Part shown: piece after piece, positions 27,345-41,146 of the stretch
Layout: each line of letters begins with the position of its first letter
Position numbering within the stretch: the stretch's first letter is position 1
Source: the human T2T-CHM13v2.0 reference genome, Homo sapiens
NCBI RefSeq assembly: GCF_009914755.1
Contig: NC_060925.1
Direction: 5' to 3' (one strand)
DNA: 64,000 nt
The notes under the pieces: generated by a model
The model's database searches: none
Seen by the model: only the letters and a program-made list of their open reading frames with translations
Told to the model about the DNA's origin: nothing
Program-made: the position numbers and the translations under genes

Positions 27345-28161
27345 CAGTGGTTCTCACTGGGGGTACTAGGGACCATTTTCAGTATTTTCAATTGTCACAA
27401 TGGCATGTGGTAGACTGTAGCCAGGCCTGCTAGACAGGACAGCCTTAGATAACAAATAATTACCCAGTATCCTCCAAGTCTTTCAGATGTTCCACCAGAC
27501 TTGCCGGTAGGTGAGAAAATCCTGTTACTTCTTTGAATATAGAGCCTAACTGTATTTTACTTACAGACACAAGTGTTTCTTGCACTGTTTAATAGTCACT
27601 GAATTATCAAGGAATGCAACATCCTTAAATGTAAATTGAAGAGGAATTATACTTTGTTTTGTTTGCAATTGTACCAAGAGTTGTTCATCATTTTGAAAAA
27701 TCATGTCGACAATTCATGGCATTTCAATCACCAACACAATAACCAGGCATCAATCTACATACACAGATGTTACATTTATAGGATTCTATGTATGTTTATG
27801 TGTATACTTATTTACTCCTTATTTCAAAGCTTCAAATAGAAAGAAAAGCTTTTGCCAATACTCAGTTGAATGTTGTTTTACTCCTCTTTAATCCAAATAT
27901 ATTCATTGCAAGTAGGTCCAAACATCTGATGACATCATTTTATCTCCAGGAATAGTCAATAAGTAAGCATTTACATAATAAAATGCACTGAAAGCTATCT
28001 TTCTCTTTTCTTTATATTAAAATTGTAACACTATTTTAATACTTAAATTTATGTGTAGAGGCAGTTATATTATTAATACATTTCATTTCAGAAATGAAGG
28101 GGATATTCCAAAACACATTACAAAGATGCAACACTGAATCTAATAGGGTTAGTAACCACTG
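27345..28161 (+). mobile_element. hAT-Charlie DNA transposon relic (MER20B-like)
   Basis: TIRs cagtggttctca...agtaaccactg. 8-bp TSD ctttagat/ctttggat. Confidence 0.8.
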
Positions 28162-28755
28162 CTTTGGATGCACAGAGAAACCGTAGAGAGCGGATTCCAA
28201 TGTATCTACACAGGAAGGTAAAGTGCAAAAGTACCAAAAGGTGATGCTAGCTCTGTAAAGGAAAATATCATTTGCTCATGATTAGAAGAGAGAAATACAG
28301 ATTAATGCCATATAGAACTCTGAAAGGGCAGCTTTTCCTGTTCTTTGAGGATGCTTGGTTATTGTAAGCGGTCACAAGGCACCAGTTCCCATGCCAACCT
28401 GAGTCAACTGCAGCACCAAACCATAGACTGCATAAACACCTCAATATTTCTCATTCACAGAAAAGGTGAGAACTTTTTTGTCAATAACTTCAACAAAGAT
28501 GAGCCCAAGTATTTTCAGAAATACTAGCATTTTAGTGTGATGATACTGCATTGGAAAGTTGGATAAAGTAGACAAAAGATAGTTGAGAAATCCTGTAGAA
28601 GAATTCTGTATTTTGTTTTAGTATTTTGTTTTTAAGGAGCTAATTTCTAGTTTGTTTTCTTCTATTTCTGTTGTCTGTAAGCAAAAAGAACTAATTTCCT
28701 TACTGGTCTAATCCCTAAACTCACTGCAGTGGAAATGAGTGAAATATGAAAAGGA

Positions 28756-29073
28756 GGCTGGGTGCGGTGAATCACGCCTGTAATCTCAGCACTTTGCGGG
28801 GCTGAGGCGGGTGGATCACCTGAGGTCAGGAGTTCAAGAGCAGCCTAGCCAACATAACGAAACCCCATCTCTACTAAAAATACAAAAATTAGCCAGGCAT
28901 GATAGCGCGTGCCTGTAATCCCAGCTACTCAGGAAGCTGAGGCAGGAGAATCACTTGAACCTGGGAGGCGGAGGTTGCAGTGAGCCACGATCACGCCCCT
29001 GTGCTCTAGCCTGGGAGACAGAGCAAGACTCTGTCTCAAAAAGAAAAGAAAAGAAAAGAAAAGAAAAGAAAAA
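28756..29073 (+). mobile_element. AluSx-like with an (AAAAG)n tail
   Basis: Full length. TSD aaata(t/c)gaaaagga. Confidence 0.92.
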
Positions 29074-29284
29074 TACGAAAAGGAGAGGAGATTATATAGC
29101 TAAAATGAGTGTAAACATAGATTATAATTTCCAGTATTACTATTTTAATTATTAGTATTAAGTATGCATTTATTATTATCATCAACTTTTACAAAATGCA
29201 GTAAGGGTAGAAATGTAGGCGTAAAGCAAAGCCCTGTTTGGTAGAACAAAATCCTACTTGGTAGTAACAATAACAATCAAATAC

Positions 29285-29840
29285 CTCCAAGTCACTGTTG
29301 AAATGTTGTCTTCTCCACGAGGCCTAATGTGACTTTCTATGTAAAACTGCAAGTTGCCCCAATTCCTGCACTCCTCCTCCCCATCTCTATTACGATGTTC
29401 AGTTTTATTTCATAGCTCTTACCAGTTTCTAGCATACAAAGTAATTTGCTCATTTATTATGGTTATAGTTGCCTCCTACCTCTAGAATATATTTCTATGA
29501 GGGGAGGAACTGTTCACTATACAGTCCAGCATGCTGAAAAGTGTCTGGAACAGGGTAAGTTAACCAGTATGTATTTGTGGAAAGAATGAACAATAGCACA
29601 TACCATTTACTGAGTGCTTTCTATGGGCCAGGCACATTGATAAGTGCTTTACATAGAAATCTTATTTAATTTTTATTATAAAAGCCTGCAAGGTAAATAT
29701 TATGAATCCTCAGTTCATAGATGAACAAACTGGGATTTAGAGAGAGTACAACAGCTGTTCTACATGGTACAGCCAGTGAGCAGTGGGGCTGGCCCTCAAG
29801 CCCAGGCAGTCTGACTTCAAAGTTCCATACTCGCCACAAC
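29285..29840. mobile_element. L2 3' end (+) followed by MIR (-)
   Basis: ..gtatttgtggaaagaatgaa, then ccatttactgagtgctttctatgggccaggcac..atagatgaacaaactggg. Confidence 0.7.
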
Positions 29841-29939
29841 AGAAACTCAGTAGAGCTCAGATACTCTTTTTCTCCCTTTAGGGGGTGAAAGGAGTATCTG
29901 GATTAGTCAGCTCCATTGTGCGTGTGTGTGTGTTGTGTG

Positions 29940-30232
29940 CTTTTTTGGTTTTGTTTTGTTTTGCTTTGAGATGGGGTCTCACTCTGTTGCCCAGGCTGGA
30001 GTGCAGTGGTGCGATCACAGCTCACTGCAGCCTCAACTTTCCCCAGCTCAGGTGATCCTCCCACCTCAGCCTCCCAAGTAGCTGGAACTACAAGCACACA
30101 CCACCACACCCTGCTAATTTTTTTGTATTTTTCGGGGTTTTGCCATGTTACTCAAGCTAGTCTCGAACTCCAGGGCTCCAGCGATCTGCGCACCTCGGCC
30201 TCCAAACGTGCTAGGATTACAGGTGTGTGGCC
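29940..30232 (-). mobile_element. AluJ
   Basis: gatcacagctcactgcagcctc..gatcctcccacctcagcc. Confidence 0.9.
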
Positions 30233-30660
30233 CTCCCCACTGTTGATCCCATTCTTGTTCATTGCGATCCTTCAAAAAATATGCAAGATGGAAGACAAGG
30301 TGCAGGCAGGGGACGGATGGGGAATCTTTGTGTCTTCAAAATCTCTCAATTTTGCTATGAAACTAAAACTGCTCTAAAAAAAATTAAGCCTTTAAAAATA
30401 ATGTCTTAATGCACTTGTATTTCTGAATAGTTCAATTTTGGGGTCATGAAAGCTTTAATAGGTAATTGTTGACTTAACACCTTTACAACAATGAAAGATT
30501 TACACCTAAACATTACATGAGGTAAAAGGAAATTTATTCATCAAATACAGTAAAAAAAAAAAAAGTAGAAATTAAGAATAGAGTAAAGCATGGTTGACCT
30601 CAGCTTTTTTGTGAGAGTTTCTATTTTCTCATTTGGTGAAACTATCTTTGAGGGACTGAC

Positions 30661-30781
30661 CTTTCGACATTCAGCGCCATTTCCTTTGACTCCTGGCATC
30701 TTCTGCTGCATGTTCACTATTCAAAGTAGCCCAAAGGGAACCAAGACAGTCCACAGCTATTGTTTTGCCATTTAATCAAAC
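30661..30781 (-). other. Candidate 121-nt stop-containing cassette exon
   Basis: Acceptor gctctttattcag|GTT and donor AAG|gtcagt. Stops occur in all three frames. Confidence 0.2.
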
Positions 30782-31879
30782 CTGAATAAAGAGCTTGTAC
30801 ACATAAGGAAAGTAAAAACTCACTAGAGGTTACATGAAAGAGGCTGCCATGGAGAGGACTCGTCTGTTCACGTAACATGAATAATTTCCCCATCGAGTTG
30901 AGAAAGTTCTGAACACATTTCTTTCTCTTTTTTTTTAAAGACTGAAAAATGGATATAAGCCCATAGCACTTGTTAGCTAGTCAAGCAAAGAGTGTACTCA
31001 CTAAATTTGTGCATAGAAACAATCATGATCCCACAGCAAAAAATACTTCCTTACCATGCCCTTCATAGCAGGCATTTTGAAAACTGAAAATTCTGCCAAG
31101 TCAAATATATAACTGTAGCTATGTCTACTTCTGTTTAAAGGCAGAGAGAAGAGGAAACTAACAATACTAATTCCATAATTTCAGAATGAGTTGCAAGTAC
31201 AATATTGGAAAGAATATCCTCAGAAAACAGGTTCCCCAGAGGCAGGTGACCACAGCAAGTCATCAGGAGAAAAACTTATATGTTCAATTTTTCTATCATC
31301 ATAGAATTCATCCCATCATAAATGGAGGGAACTCTTCACCTTGAGAGGCTACAATTTAGGATGAAAGTTTTAACGTTTAATATGTAGACAAAATTATCAC
31401 TAAGATCATTTAGGGTTGTCCAACTTTTCATGAAGTTCCCAGGCCTCCATATTTTCAGTGTTATAAACACTTGAGCTCCCATTTATAAGCCCTGAATCCA
31501 TTTTATGTCTCCCAAAAACCAAAATATTTAAATTAAAATACAGGTAGCTCAGATTGACTGCCTCTCACAGGAAGACCATTTATGCTAAAACATGCTGATT
31601 CTTATAGAGTGACTACCCTTTTAAAATTAAAAACTGCATCAGTGAAAGAAAATTACAACCTATATTTATCATTCAAAAAGAAGCTAGAAACCTTAAGTAA
31701 AAACAGGGCATTTTTGTTTTCAAAAATCCAATTTTTATTCTCGTTATATAACAAAGAATTTTAATGTCTCCCTAATCACAAAAAGAAAATGCTGTTTGGA
31801 TTAAAAGCAGTAGTTACATGCCACTCATTGCACTCCAGACAGTTCTGACCTTTTTGTAAGAGACCAATTTTGTATTTCC

Positions 31880-32502
31880 TTTCTCCTGCCTGAACTATTG
31901 CACTGGCTTGAGAGTTGGGCTCCTTCCTTCCAGTCTTGACTCTCTAATCTATATTTCATGCCATGAACAAGAATTATCGTTCTAAATCGTCATAATCATT
32001 TCATTCTCCTACTTGGAAACTTTAAACAGCTCTTTACTTAATAGAGAATAACGTCCAAACTTCATACTAGAGCACTGAAGCAACCCCACAATCAAACCTC
32101 GTCTTAACACTCCTAGTCCTGTACACTACACACACTCTATGCTCCAAGGACTAGAAGCAGATAAAGTCCTTTCCATGGGCTCAGGAACCTTCCTTGTGTG
32201 GCTTCCTCATTCCCTCCACTTGGCTGCTGCTGAAATTTAAAATCAGCACATGTTCTACTTTTCCCATGAAGACATTTCCAGTTCTCACAGTCATAATTAC
32301 TTATGTCTTCCTTTGCATTCCCAACAGACATACATTTTATCTTATCATGATTAGTATTATAGGGGGTTGCCTCCATTGCCCTATTTCCCTCTATTGTGTG
32401 AGATCAAAGGTCTTGTCGTGTTTAATTCCAGATTATTATAACAAAACACTGTGTACATGGTGGTGGCTCAGGAAATGTTTGCTAAATGAAAGAATGAATG
32501 AA
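31880..32502 (+). mobile_element. L2 fragment
   Basis: Ends ggctcaggaaatgtttgctaaatgaaagaatgaatgaat. Confidence 0.6.
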
Positions 32503-33129
32503 TCATGTAAACATCCAATCAGTCAATCAGTAAGAAGGAATAAGGGTGAAATGTTGAGTCAAAGACAGGACTTTGAGTGCCTGCACTTTCACTTAGAAGA
32601 ACCTTAGGTTCTTATTCATAAGGCTGACCATGCCTGCTCTACCATGATAATAACAAGGAAAGAATATACATTTCCGTTACTTCATAGTCAACCCAAAATG
32701 ATCTGAGATGTATTATACATTCCCAACACTGTGCGGGGCACATTGAGAGACAGAACATAAATTTCGGCTATAACTCTTACTGATTGTCTTTTGTCTATTG
32801 AAATATTCCCCTCCTGACTACACAAATTGTTTCTTTAAAAAGGTGAGTTTGAACCACAATTTTATGATTTATGCAATGATAAAGTCTGACATAAATTTCC
32901 GGAGAAGTCTAGAACTGGTTATTAAACAATGATGAACACATATGAAGACAATGACCAATTAAAGACAGAACATTTTCATTAAAATACTTTATATGAAACT
33001 AAATATTTTCCCTTTTTTATATGGTTATAAGGCTGAAGGTCAGAAAAAGACTATAATGTTTAAATGAGAAATTCTTGATGTCCTTCTGAGCACAATGAAG
33101 AAGCACAGGGGAATGATATCAGTTATGTT

Positions 33130-33440
33130 TGCAACACACCCAAACAGTATAGACTGAAAAATGAATGTTGAAATTCAATTTTTAGCACTATCTCTAATGG
33201 GCTGTTATTAAGTCCTGGAATTGGGACAATTCTACTAAACATGCCCATCGGCGACTTGGCTGAGATCATAAAAGGCATGCTTACCAAATTTAGAGATGAC
33301 AAAAAATTGGGAGAAGTAGTGTATATATTAAATTTATATATTTAAAAAAGCTTTACAAGAAACTCATCAGATTGGAAGACGGGCCTAAACAAACAAGATT
33401 ACATTCATCCAGATTAAATTCCAGGTTCTGAATTTATGTT
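33130..33440 (+). mobile_element. L3/CR1 LINE reverse-transcriptase remnant
   Basis: accaaatttagagatgacaaaaaattggga translates TKFRDDKKLG, matching the CR1 RT motif KFADDTKLG. Confidence 0.65.
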
Positions 33441-33474
33441 TTTAAAAAATTAATTGGGTTATGAAAAAAACAAT

Positions 33475-34355
33475 CCATGTACATGGATTAGAAAACTATA
33501 TGGTCAAATAATCTTTAACAAGAGTGCTAAGACCATTCAATGGAGGAAAGGACAGTCTTTTTGACAAATGCTCTTGTTAAAACTGTTTATCTACATGCAA
33601 AAGAATGAAGTTGGATGCTTACGTTACACCATATACAAAAATTAAAGCACCTAAACAAAAGACCTAAAACTATAAAACTCTCAGGAGAAACATAAAGGAA
33701 GTCTTCATGGCATTGGCTTGAGCAATGATTACTCAGGTATGATACAAAACACAGGCAACAAAAGTAAAAGTAGAAAAAGTGGGCTACATCAAAATTAAAA
33801 CTGCTATGTATCAAAGAACACAATCAACATTGTGAAAAAGCAATCCATAGAATGGGAGAAAATACTTGCAAATCATTTATCTGGTCAGGGTATAATATCC
33901 AGAATATATGGATAACTCCAAAACTCAACAACAAAAAAGGAAAAACCCAATTTTTAAAATGGGGAAAGGACTCAAACAGATATTTCTCCAAAGAAGAATT
34001 ACAAATTGCCAACAATCACATGAAATGATGTTCACCATCATTAGTCATTAGGGAAATGCATATTGAAGCCATAATGAGGTTGCCACTTCACATTCACTAG
34101 GATGGCTACTATCAAATAAACAGAAAAGAAGAAATGGCGGCAAGGATGCAGAGAAACTGAAACCCTTGGGTACTGCTGGTGGAAATATGAAAGGTGCTAT
34201 AATAAAAACTACAAAAAACAGTATGGCATTTCTTAAAAAAACATAAAAATAATTACCATATTATCCAGCAATCCCATTTATGGGTATGCATCCAAAAGAA
34301 CTGAATAGTATCTAGTATAGTATCTAGAATATATAAAGAACTCTCAAAACTCAAG
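33475..34355 (+). mobile_element. L1M ORF2 C-terminal/3' fragment
   Basis: gaccattcaatggaggaaaggacagtc, gaatgggagaaaatacttgcaaatcat, ggcaaggatgcagagaaactgaaaccc, ccagcaatcccatt. Confidence 0.9.
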
Positions 34356-34727
34356 TTTGAACAACTGAACATTTGATTGAATAACTTTCCCAAAGCTTGT
34401 CATTTAAATGAACCCACGGCATGACTGAGGGAAAAGCAGAACATCATAAGATTCCACTCCCAGGCTCGTGAAGTTACTGAAAACATCTATTGGTCCAATT
34501 CCCACCAAGTTGGGAAAGGATGAGAATGTTTCCCATAACAAATCTCCACACTTTACTCAATGAAAAACCTGAAAAAGTAAATAAATAAATACTTCTAAAG
34601 ACCTGAGTGTTGTTAAACTTATTATCTAATGATAGTATCTCATTGTTCCTTCAGTTTTTAATATAGTTTTCCTTAGTTAAGAATGTACAGGAAAAGAAGG
34701 GCCAAAGGGGCCTGTTGCACTGCTTAC

Positions 34728-34775
34728 CTCACCAGCAACTATCTTCTTGATATATGTCATCACGATTGGCTGATA
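34728..34775 (-). CDS. Candidate 48-nt internal exon
   Basis: Acceptor cccctgcttccgttag|TATCAG and consensus donor GAG|gtaagc. Length is a multiple of 3. Phase 0 reads YQPIVMTYIKKIVAGE (open); phase 1 reads xSANRDDIYQEDSCW*. Context is unique and non-repeat. Confidence 0.5.
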
Positions 34776-35659
34776 CTAACGGAAGCAGGGGTGTGGCTTT
34801 ATTAAAGTGCATCAGGAGAAACATCTTCTTAAGGAAATGCCAGCTTTTATATTATTTTATAAGAAGAAGGAGAAAGAGGGAGAACACATGTGCAAGCGAG
34901 CTGAATGCACACACGCTCAATGAACTCAACTACTGTCAAAAAAAAGCTTGAAAACATTTCACTATTTTATAATAGCCACAGCTGAGCCAGCAAATGACAC
35001 TGTTGTAGCTACTATTTATATAATTAAAATTATACCCTAACATTTCATTTTAGAACTCCATATTAAACCACTTCCATCTTTAAGCTAAAAGCACTTCAAA
35101 AGAAATGTATTCTTGTTATGGTCAACTAATTAAAAGTGCATTGTATCTGGACCAGAAGAACCTATTTCCATGCACAGGCTAAAGACAGCCCGGGGAAATG
35201 ACTAGTGAACCTTCAGATAAGATGACATTTTAATTTTCCTTTATATATCACATCGCCTACACCTAGCTTCATAAGCATGTCAGCTCACTTTGTCACCTGC
35301 TGTATTACATTAAGAAAATGTTTTTATTTTCCCACCTTTTCTTCTAGAAGTGGCCTATGACTGACATTTCAGGAGGAATAGCCTTACTTGGAAATATTCT
35401 CTTTTATAAATAGTACTCCCAAAGTCTATTCCAACCTAAGCTCCACTTCAACATAATTTAAAATGCAGCTTTCTATATAAGGCATTTTATATATGTTTAT
35501 TAAATGCCTTATAATAAACACTTATGTATTCAATTCAGCTAGATCATGTATATGATTCATAAGTAATCTAGATAATTTATAAATTTTATACACTAAATTT
35601 AAATTATATACCCATGATTTTCATCACATAAATTAACACATACTATTTATATGCCCCTA

Positions 35660-35790
35660 GCAGAATATGCTTCAGAATCCATGAATCCATTGAAATAATA
35701 TGCAAATTTTATATCTGTACATACATGTGCTTAGCTTTCCACAGTTTCTCAAAAGAATCTGTGAATCAAAAGAAGTTAAGAACCACTAGT
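35660..35790. mobile_element. hAT-Charlie terminal fragment
   Basis: ttctcaaaagaatctgtgaatcaaaagaagttaagaaccact is a TIR-like end. Confidence 0.4.
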
Positions 35791-38224
35791 CTATTCCCAA
35801 ATGTCCATCATATTATTTAAATATAAGCAGCATCTCTGAACAGGAGACATAAGACCCTCTGACTTTTAGAGGGTTAAATAACCATGCAGCTTTCCATTTG
35901 CATCTACACCTATATGCAACTGAAATTGATTGACCACATTTTCTTCCCCCCCCGCCGCTTTTAATGACTCATTTTTAATTTCCACTTCAATGCTAAATAA
36001 TATCTATTTTTAAAGTGTGCTTGTTTGCATATCACACCAAACTAAAATTACATCCCCAAGAAAATGTTCCCAGTCAAGCTAAAAAAAAAAAAAAAACTTA
36101 GCATATATGCTGAAGAGGCTGCTGTTTGGTACCTTGGTTAGTGCTGAAGTAGGCAGGAAGAGCTGGAAATGCAAAACAGCTTCTCTGACTTAGAATTACA
36201 TCAATATTACAGTTCAGGAAAATCACATTATTTAAAACTATAACATGCTCATAAAAATTCAAAAACTGGCTCTTTTTCTGTTACAATATGCTGAAGAGCT
36301 ACAGTGATTCAGTCATCTACCTGAAAGCTTTTGTTTCAAATCCTTTCTAATAGGTCTCACTACTCCTCTGTGAATGGTTTAGAGTAGGACCTTTGGTCCC
36401 ATTCATCCTTCTGTGTGGAGCATCAGACACAGTACCTGCGAACACAAAGCAATTCAAAAAGTTTTTTATTAATTAATATTGTATGACCTAATTAAATCCT
36501 AAAATTTAAGCTTCTGGAAGCTATCCCAGTGTGCACAGCTTAAGTATGTTCTAAAATGACAGAGGGGCAAAAGTAAGCCATCTTAGGGACATGTGTCAAA
36601 TTATTCCAAACAACTATCACTTCCAGTAACATTCCTGAGTCATCTCAAGATAAGTCCATGCTGGCAAATATAGAAGTCATTAGGCAAAGAACGTAAATTT
36701 GCTTAAGATGCAGAGGCAAAAGTGATCCCAATATCAATCACCTTAAAGCTTCATAATTAAAATGAGTCTGGCAATTGTCTCAGACACACACACACACACA
36801 TACGTGTATGTATACAATGTATACATATTATATATGCATAATGTATACATATTATATATGAACAGAGTAGAAATATACAGCTAAAATTGTTTTAATATAC
36901 AAACCAAAATGACATTTTAAATAAAAGAGAAGCATATGACATCATCCAAGTAGAAGGAACTGCTAAGAGTCATCTAGTTCAAACTCTAATCTGGTCCATT
37001 ACCTTTCAAGCATTCAAGTAAGTTTTCTGTCCTGTTTTTTAAAGGCCTCTAGGATTGTATAATGTATATCAAGTGTAAGGCTTTCCAAAATCATCCTTTA
37101 TTCACTTATGCAAAATAAGAAAGAAAACAATGTGAGAAAAGATGAATATTCTCAAATCTGGCAGTGCCTGCTGATAACTTCTCACTGTTAGATCAGAGAG
37201 TTATTGGTACTGTTTGTCATTCATGTCCTGAAATCTTCAAGTACACCAGGAACTGCACATGTTCCCAAACCACCATTTCAAATTAGCACCAACAGATTGG
37301 AGTTAATGGCACATATAACACATTCTGCAGAATTTAAAGCTTTCAGGCCAGCTCTAATAGGTAGCTGTGCCTTGATTTGTGGTTATTATCCTACAATAAC
37401 ATAAAAATTAGCTATCCAGGTAAAGAGTGGCTCTCCATTTTTTAGTTGGCTACCCACCCCCAATTCCAAAAGCATAGGTCCATCATGTTCAGATTTTAAA
37501 GTTGAAAGAAAGGTAGACACCTTAGACACCTCATGGAGGAGCCCGGAGACAGTTGTGAATAATGCTGCCCCATCTGAGATAGAACCTTCTTTTGTTATGT
37601 ACTGGGCACTTAAAGAAAAAATGTACAACTCTGTAATGGCAAAAGAAAGGTGCAAAAAAATGCAGGATAGAAGCAGGGCCTTGAGAATATATCTGGGAGT
37701 TGGAGGAAGAAGGTGGGAAAAAGGCTGAGACAATGTACAGCATGGGCTCTGCAGACTGGGCAGGGAGAACATAACAACCAGTAGGCAAGATAAGGAATAC
37801 AGTTAAATGAATCAATGAGTGAGTAAATGAATGAATGAACCAACATAGGAACCAATGAACATACAAATAAAATGAATGAATAAGTGAATGAGTGGGCATA
37901 TAAATGAATGAAGTTGCTGAATGGTAGGCTGGAACTAAGATGCAGACAGTCCTAAATGTCATGTAATGAGTCTGAATTCATCCAAAAAAGCAGAATGAGA
38001 AAGACATTTCTTAGACTTCTGCAGAGCACAGTCTGCCCAACTGTATGCACAGACCTAACTAAAAGCAATGAGAGTTCACGGAAAGTTTTTAACTCTATTA
38101 AATCAGTCACTGTGGAAGATCATTCAGGGAACAGTAGGCAGAGGATAAGAAACAGAAGTCTTACAACAGGTCCAAGGACTACGAGCTAAGCCATTGGGTT
38201 GTTGTTTTTCTGATCATGCATATA

Positions 38225-38430
38225 CTAGAATTTTGGATTTGGGTTTTTTTAATTGTTATATAAGTCACGTGCTGTAATATTCATGCTTCTAAAGTATACA
38301 ATTCAGTTGTTTCTCATATATTTGCAAAACTGTACACTCATCACCACTATGTAATTCCAGAATATTTCATCACTCCATAAGGAAACTCTGGACCTATTAG
38401 TGGTTACTCGCCATTTCTCCTCACCTGAGT
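38225..38430 (-). mobile_element. L1MB-type 3'-end fragment
   Basis: aaagtatacaattcagttg..catcaccactatgtaattccagaatatttcatcactcca. Confidence 0.75.
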
Positions 38431-39550
38431 CCATGGGATTCACATGTTTTAATCTTAATATTAATTTCTCCTTTATGTATCTCCCCAAAGTGCATACAAG
38501 GACAATATAAGGGTATCTGCACAAAGCAGACTCTCAGTAAAAGATACATGATTATCTGCCAAAGAAATATTGTCAGAATGCAGGAAGTATCAAGACAATT
38601 TTCTTTGCTACCCACCTGATGCGACATTTTTACTCTCACACGGTGAGTAGCAATTTTCAAGGTTCATTAAGTTTTTTAAAGTATCACTTGGTTTCCCAAT
38701 TGCAAAAGTTTAAGTTGTTTTTCTCCCCACTGGATACCATAACAACCTAAATATAGTGGCCAGATCAAAAGACGGTAAAAGTAGATGGTGCACAACTAAT
38801 AACCCAATTCAGCAACCACAGCCTTAGATCATGATCGATTTTTCCCTCCACCCTACAGAGTGAAACAAGTTCTGAGAACGCACAGGTGTTTCTCTGCAAG
38901 TCCCTGGGCGGAAGTAGCGGGTTATAGGATAAGCCGATTTCTTTTTCCATTTTAAAGTCATCTAAGAAGGTATTTCCATTACATTTTGTATATAATTCTA
39001 CTACTGAGTTTTGGAATGGCTCTTTGGTATTTGGGAGCACACATTTTAAAAAAAAGGAAATCTCCAAATTCCTCTCAGAGATTATTACCCTGAATTTTAG
39101 AACAAATTTCATTTAGGCTTTGTATGTCATCCCCCATTACACACACAAACACATAATTGTTTTTCTTATTTCTGTTAAAAATGTAAAATACCTTTAATGA
39201 TAAAAAGATATTCCTTAAGATAATTAAATCCAGCTGAATAAAAATATAGTATGTATGTCTTACTCATTTTCCTCATTCTGTGCATAGGGCCAAGGGACTA
39301 GATTTACACATAGCACCGAGGCTGTGCACAGTCCTCCTCTGTCCCATCCTCACTCCGCCCCGAGTGCTGCACTGTGAGAACAAGACACCCTCTTCGTATA
39401 TATTCGCTCACTACTTATGAAAGATATTTGCATTAAAACAGTTGTTTTCATAATACTAAGCTTCTAGGATTTAAAACAAAATAAAGCCCGAACTGAAAAC
39501 AAAAAACAAAAAACCTGACTGCATTTTGGTCAGTTCAACTCTTCCTATAA

Positions 39551-39871
<321 letters not shown>

Positions 39872-41031
39872 AAAAATTTATTTTTAAAAAAAGTTTAAAT
39901 ACTTTGCAGAGTACCTAAATTTCTTTGTACCACTCTCTATAGACAAATCATGTGGAAAATATTTTCTAAATGCTCAGGTCTGTCAAGTTTGCTAGACATA
40001 ATCTAATCCCTTTTGTATCTTCTCTCAGTAACTCAAGACTTTGTAAAGCTGCAGGACAGTTAAGACAACAGGGACCCAGGGGACAGAGCCTTCACAATCA
40101 GTCACAGCAGCCACCAAACCCCTGGCCTGAGCTATACAGAGGAAGGGGTTTTTATCTTCTTCCTTCACAATGCCTGAATACTCTCAAGGAATCCTCCATA
40201 AATAATTCATTAGCAGCAAAAAGAATACAGTCTAATCAATAAGGAGTAATGGCGAAACTCACAGCAGGTTCAGGGGACTGATTGAGTGTTACATTAATGT
40301 CTGATTAAGCTTCCTGGGAAATTTTAATTGTTCATACACCAAAGACCTAAAATTAACCTTTTAACCTTCTGTTATAAAGGGTCTTTCTCAATGGACCAAA
40401 AAATGTTTATAAAATATATCTAATGAAAATGGGAGGCTAACATGAGTATTTCAATACATAGATTTTCTCAAGACCACACAGAAAAACAGAACTTGGTTGA
40501 CTTCATTCTACCTAAAACATTCCTAATCCAATCATATTGTCTAATATTTAATGATTATTTTCCAGTGGGTGTTATAAGAGCTTTATAACACATTTTCATT
40601 TCTCAACTATCAATTCCCTATTTTCCAGGAAAGGAATTTAGCAAACTCTGCACTCTTTTTCTCTTTTTCTAGTAATTCCCTTTGTCAATTTACAGCAAAA
40701 CAAACTGCATGCCATAAGCATTCAAGAAGCTGAGTTTGAAACACATTTCTTTAACAAAAATGAAAAATTCTGATTTTATAGTTACACATGTAGAATTTTA
40801 AATTAAAAATTGTTGATATGTGCTAATATTACACAGAAAATCCAAGATGGTTAACAATGGTGGGTTATAGAAGGCCTTAATGACAGGCTATTTCTCCAAT
40901 TTTGTTTTGTTCAAGCTAATGTTAAAAGAATTGAATATTTCATCACACTCTGAGAAGACAGCAAAGAATCCTACTGGAAAGGAAAGAGCAGCTGATCTAA
41001 GCTTTTAAATATGCCATGGATAGTCCGCACA

Positions 41032-41146
41032 AAGATATGAATCACCTGTGTTTCACTCTACAATGACACAGCTCTCCCTTTCATTAAGATATGAATCACC
41101 CATATTTCACTCTGCAATGACACAGCTCTCCCTTTCATTAAGATAT
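41032..41146. repeat. 54-bp tandem duplication
   Basis: aagatatgaatcacc..cacagctctccctttcatt occurs twice with 4 mismatches. Confidence 0.92.

Noticed and set aside
33587-34015. Minus-strand ORFs of 63-78 aa
   Set aside because: Antisense frames of a degenerate L1 ORF2 fragment.
37386-37962. 128-143 aa minus-strand ORFs
   Set aside because: Low-complexity (TCAT)n/L2-tail-derived sequence (HSFIHS repeats).
40264-40314. Minus-strand AG..GTGAGT exon-like interval
   Set aside because: Weak pyrimidine tract, weak exonic donor bases and stops in all frames; expected by chance.
41032-41146. Direct repeats as a possible CRISPR-like array
   Set aside because: Only two abutting copies with no spacers, in eukaryotic DNA with no cas genes.
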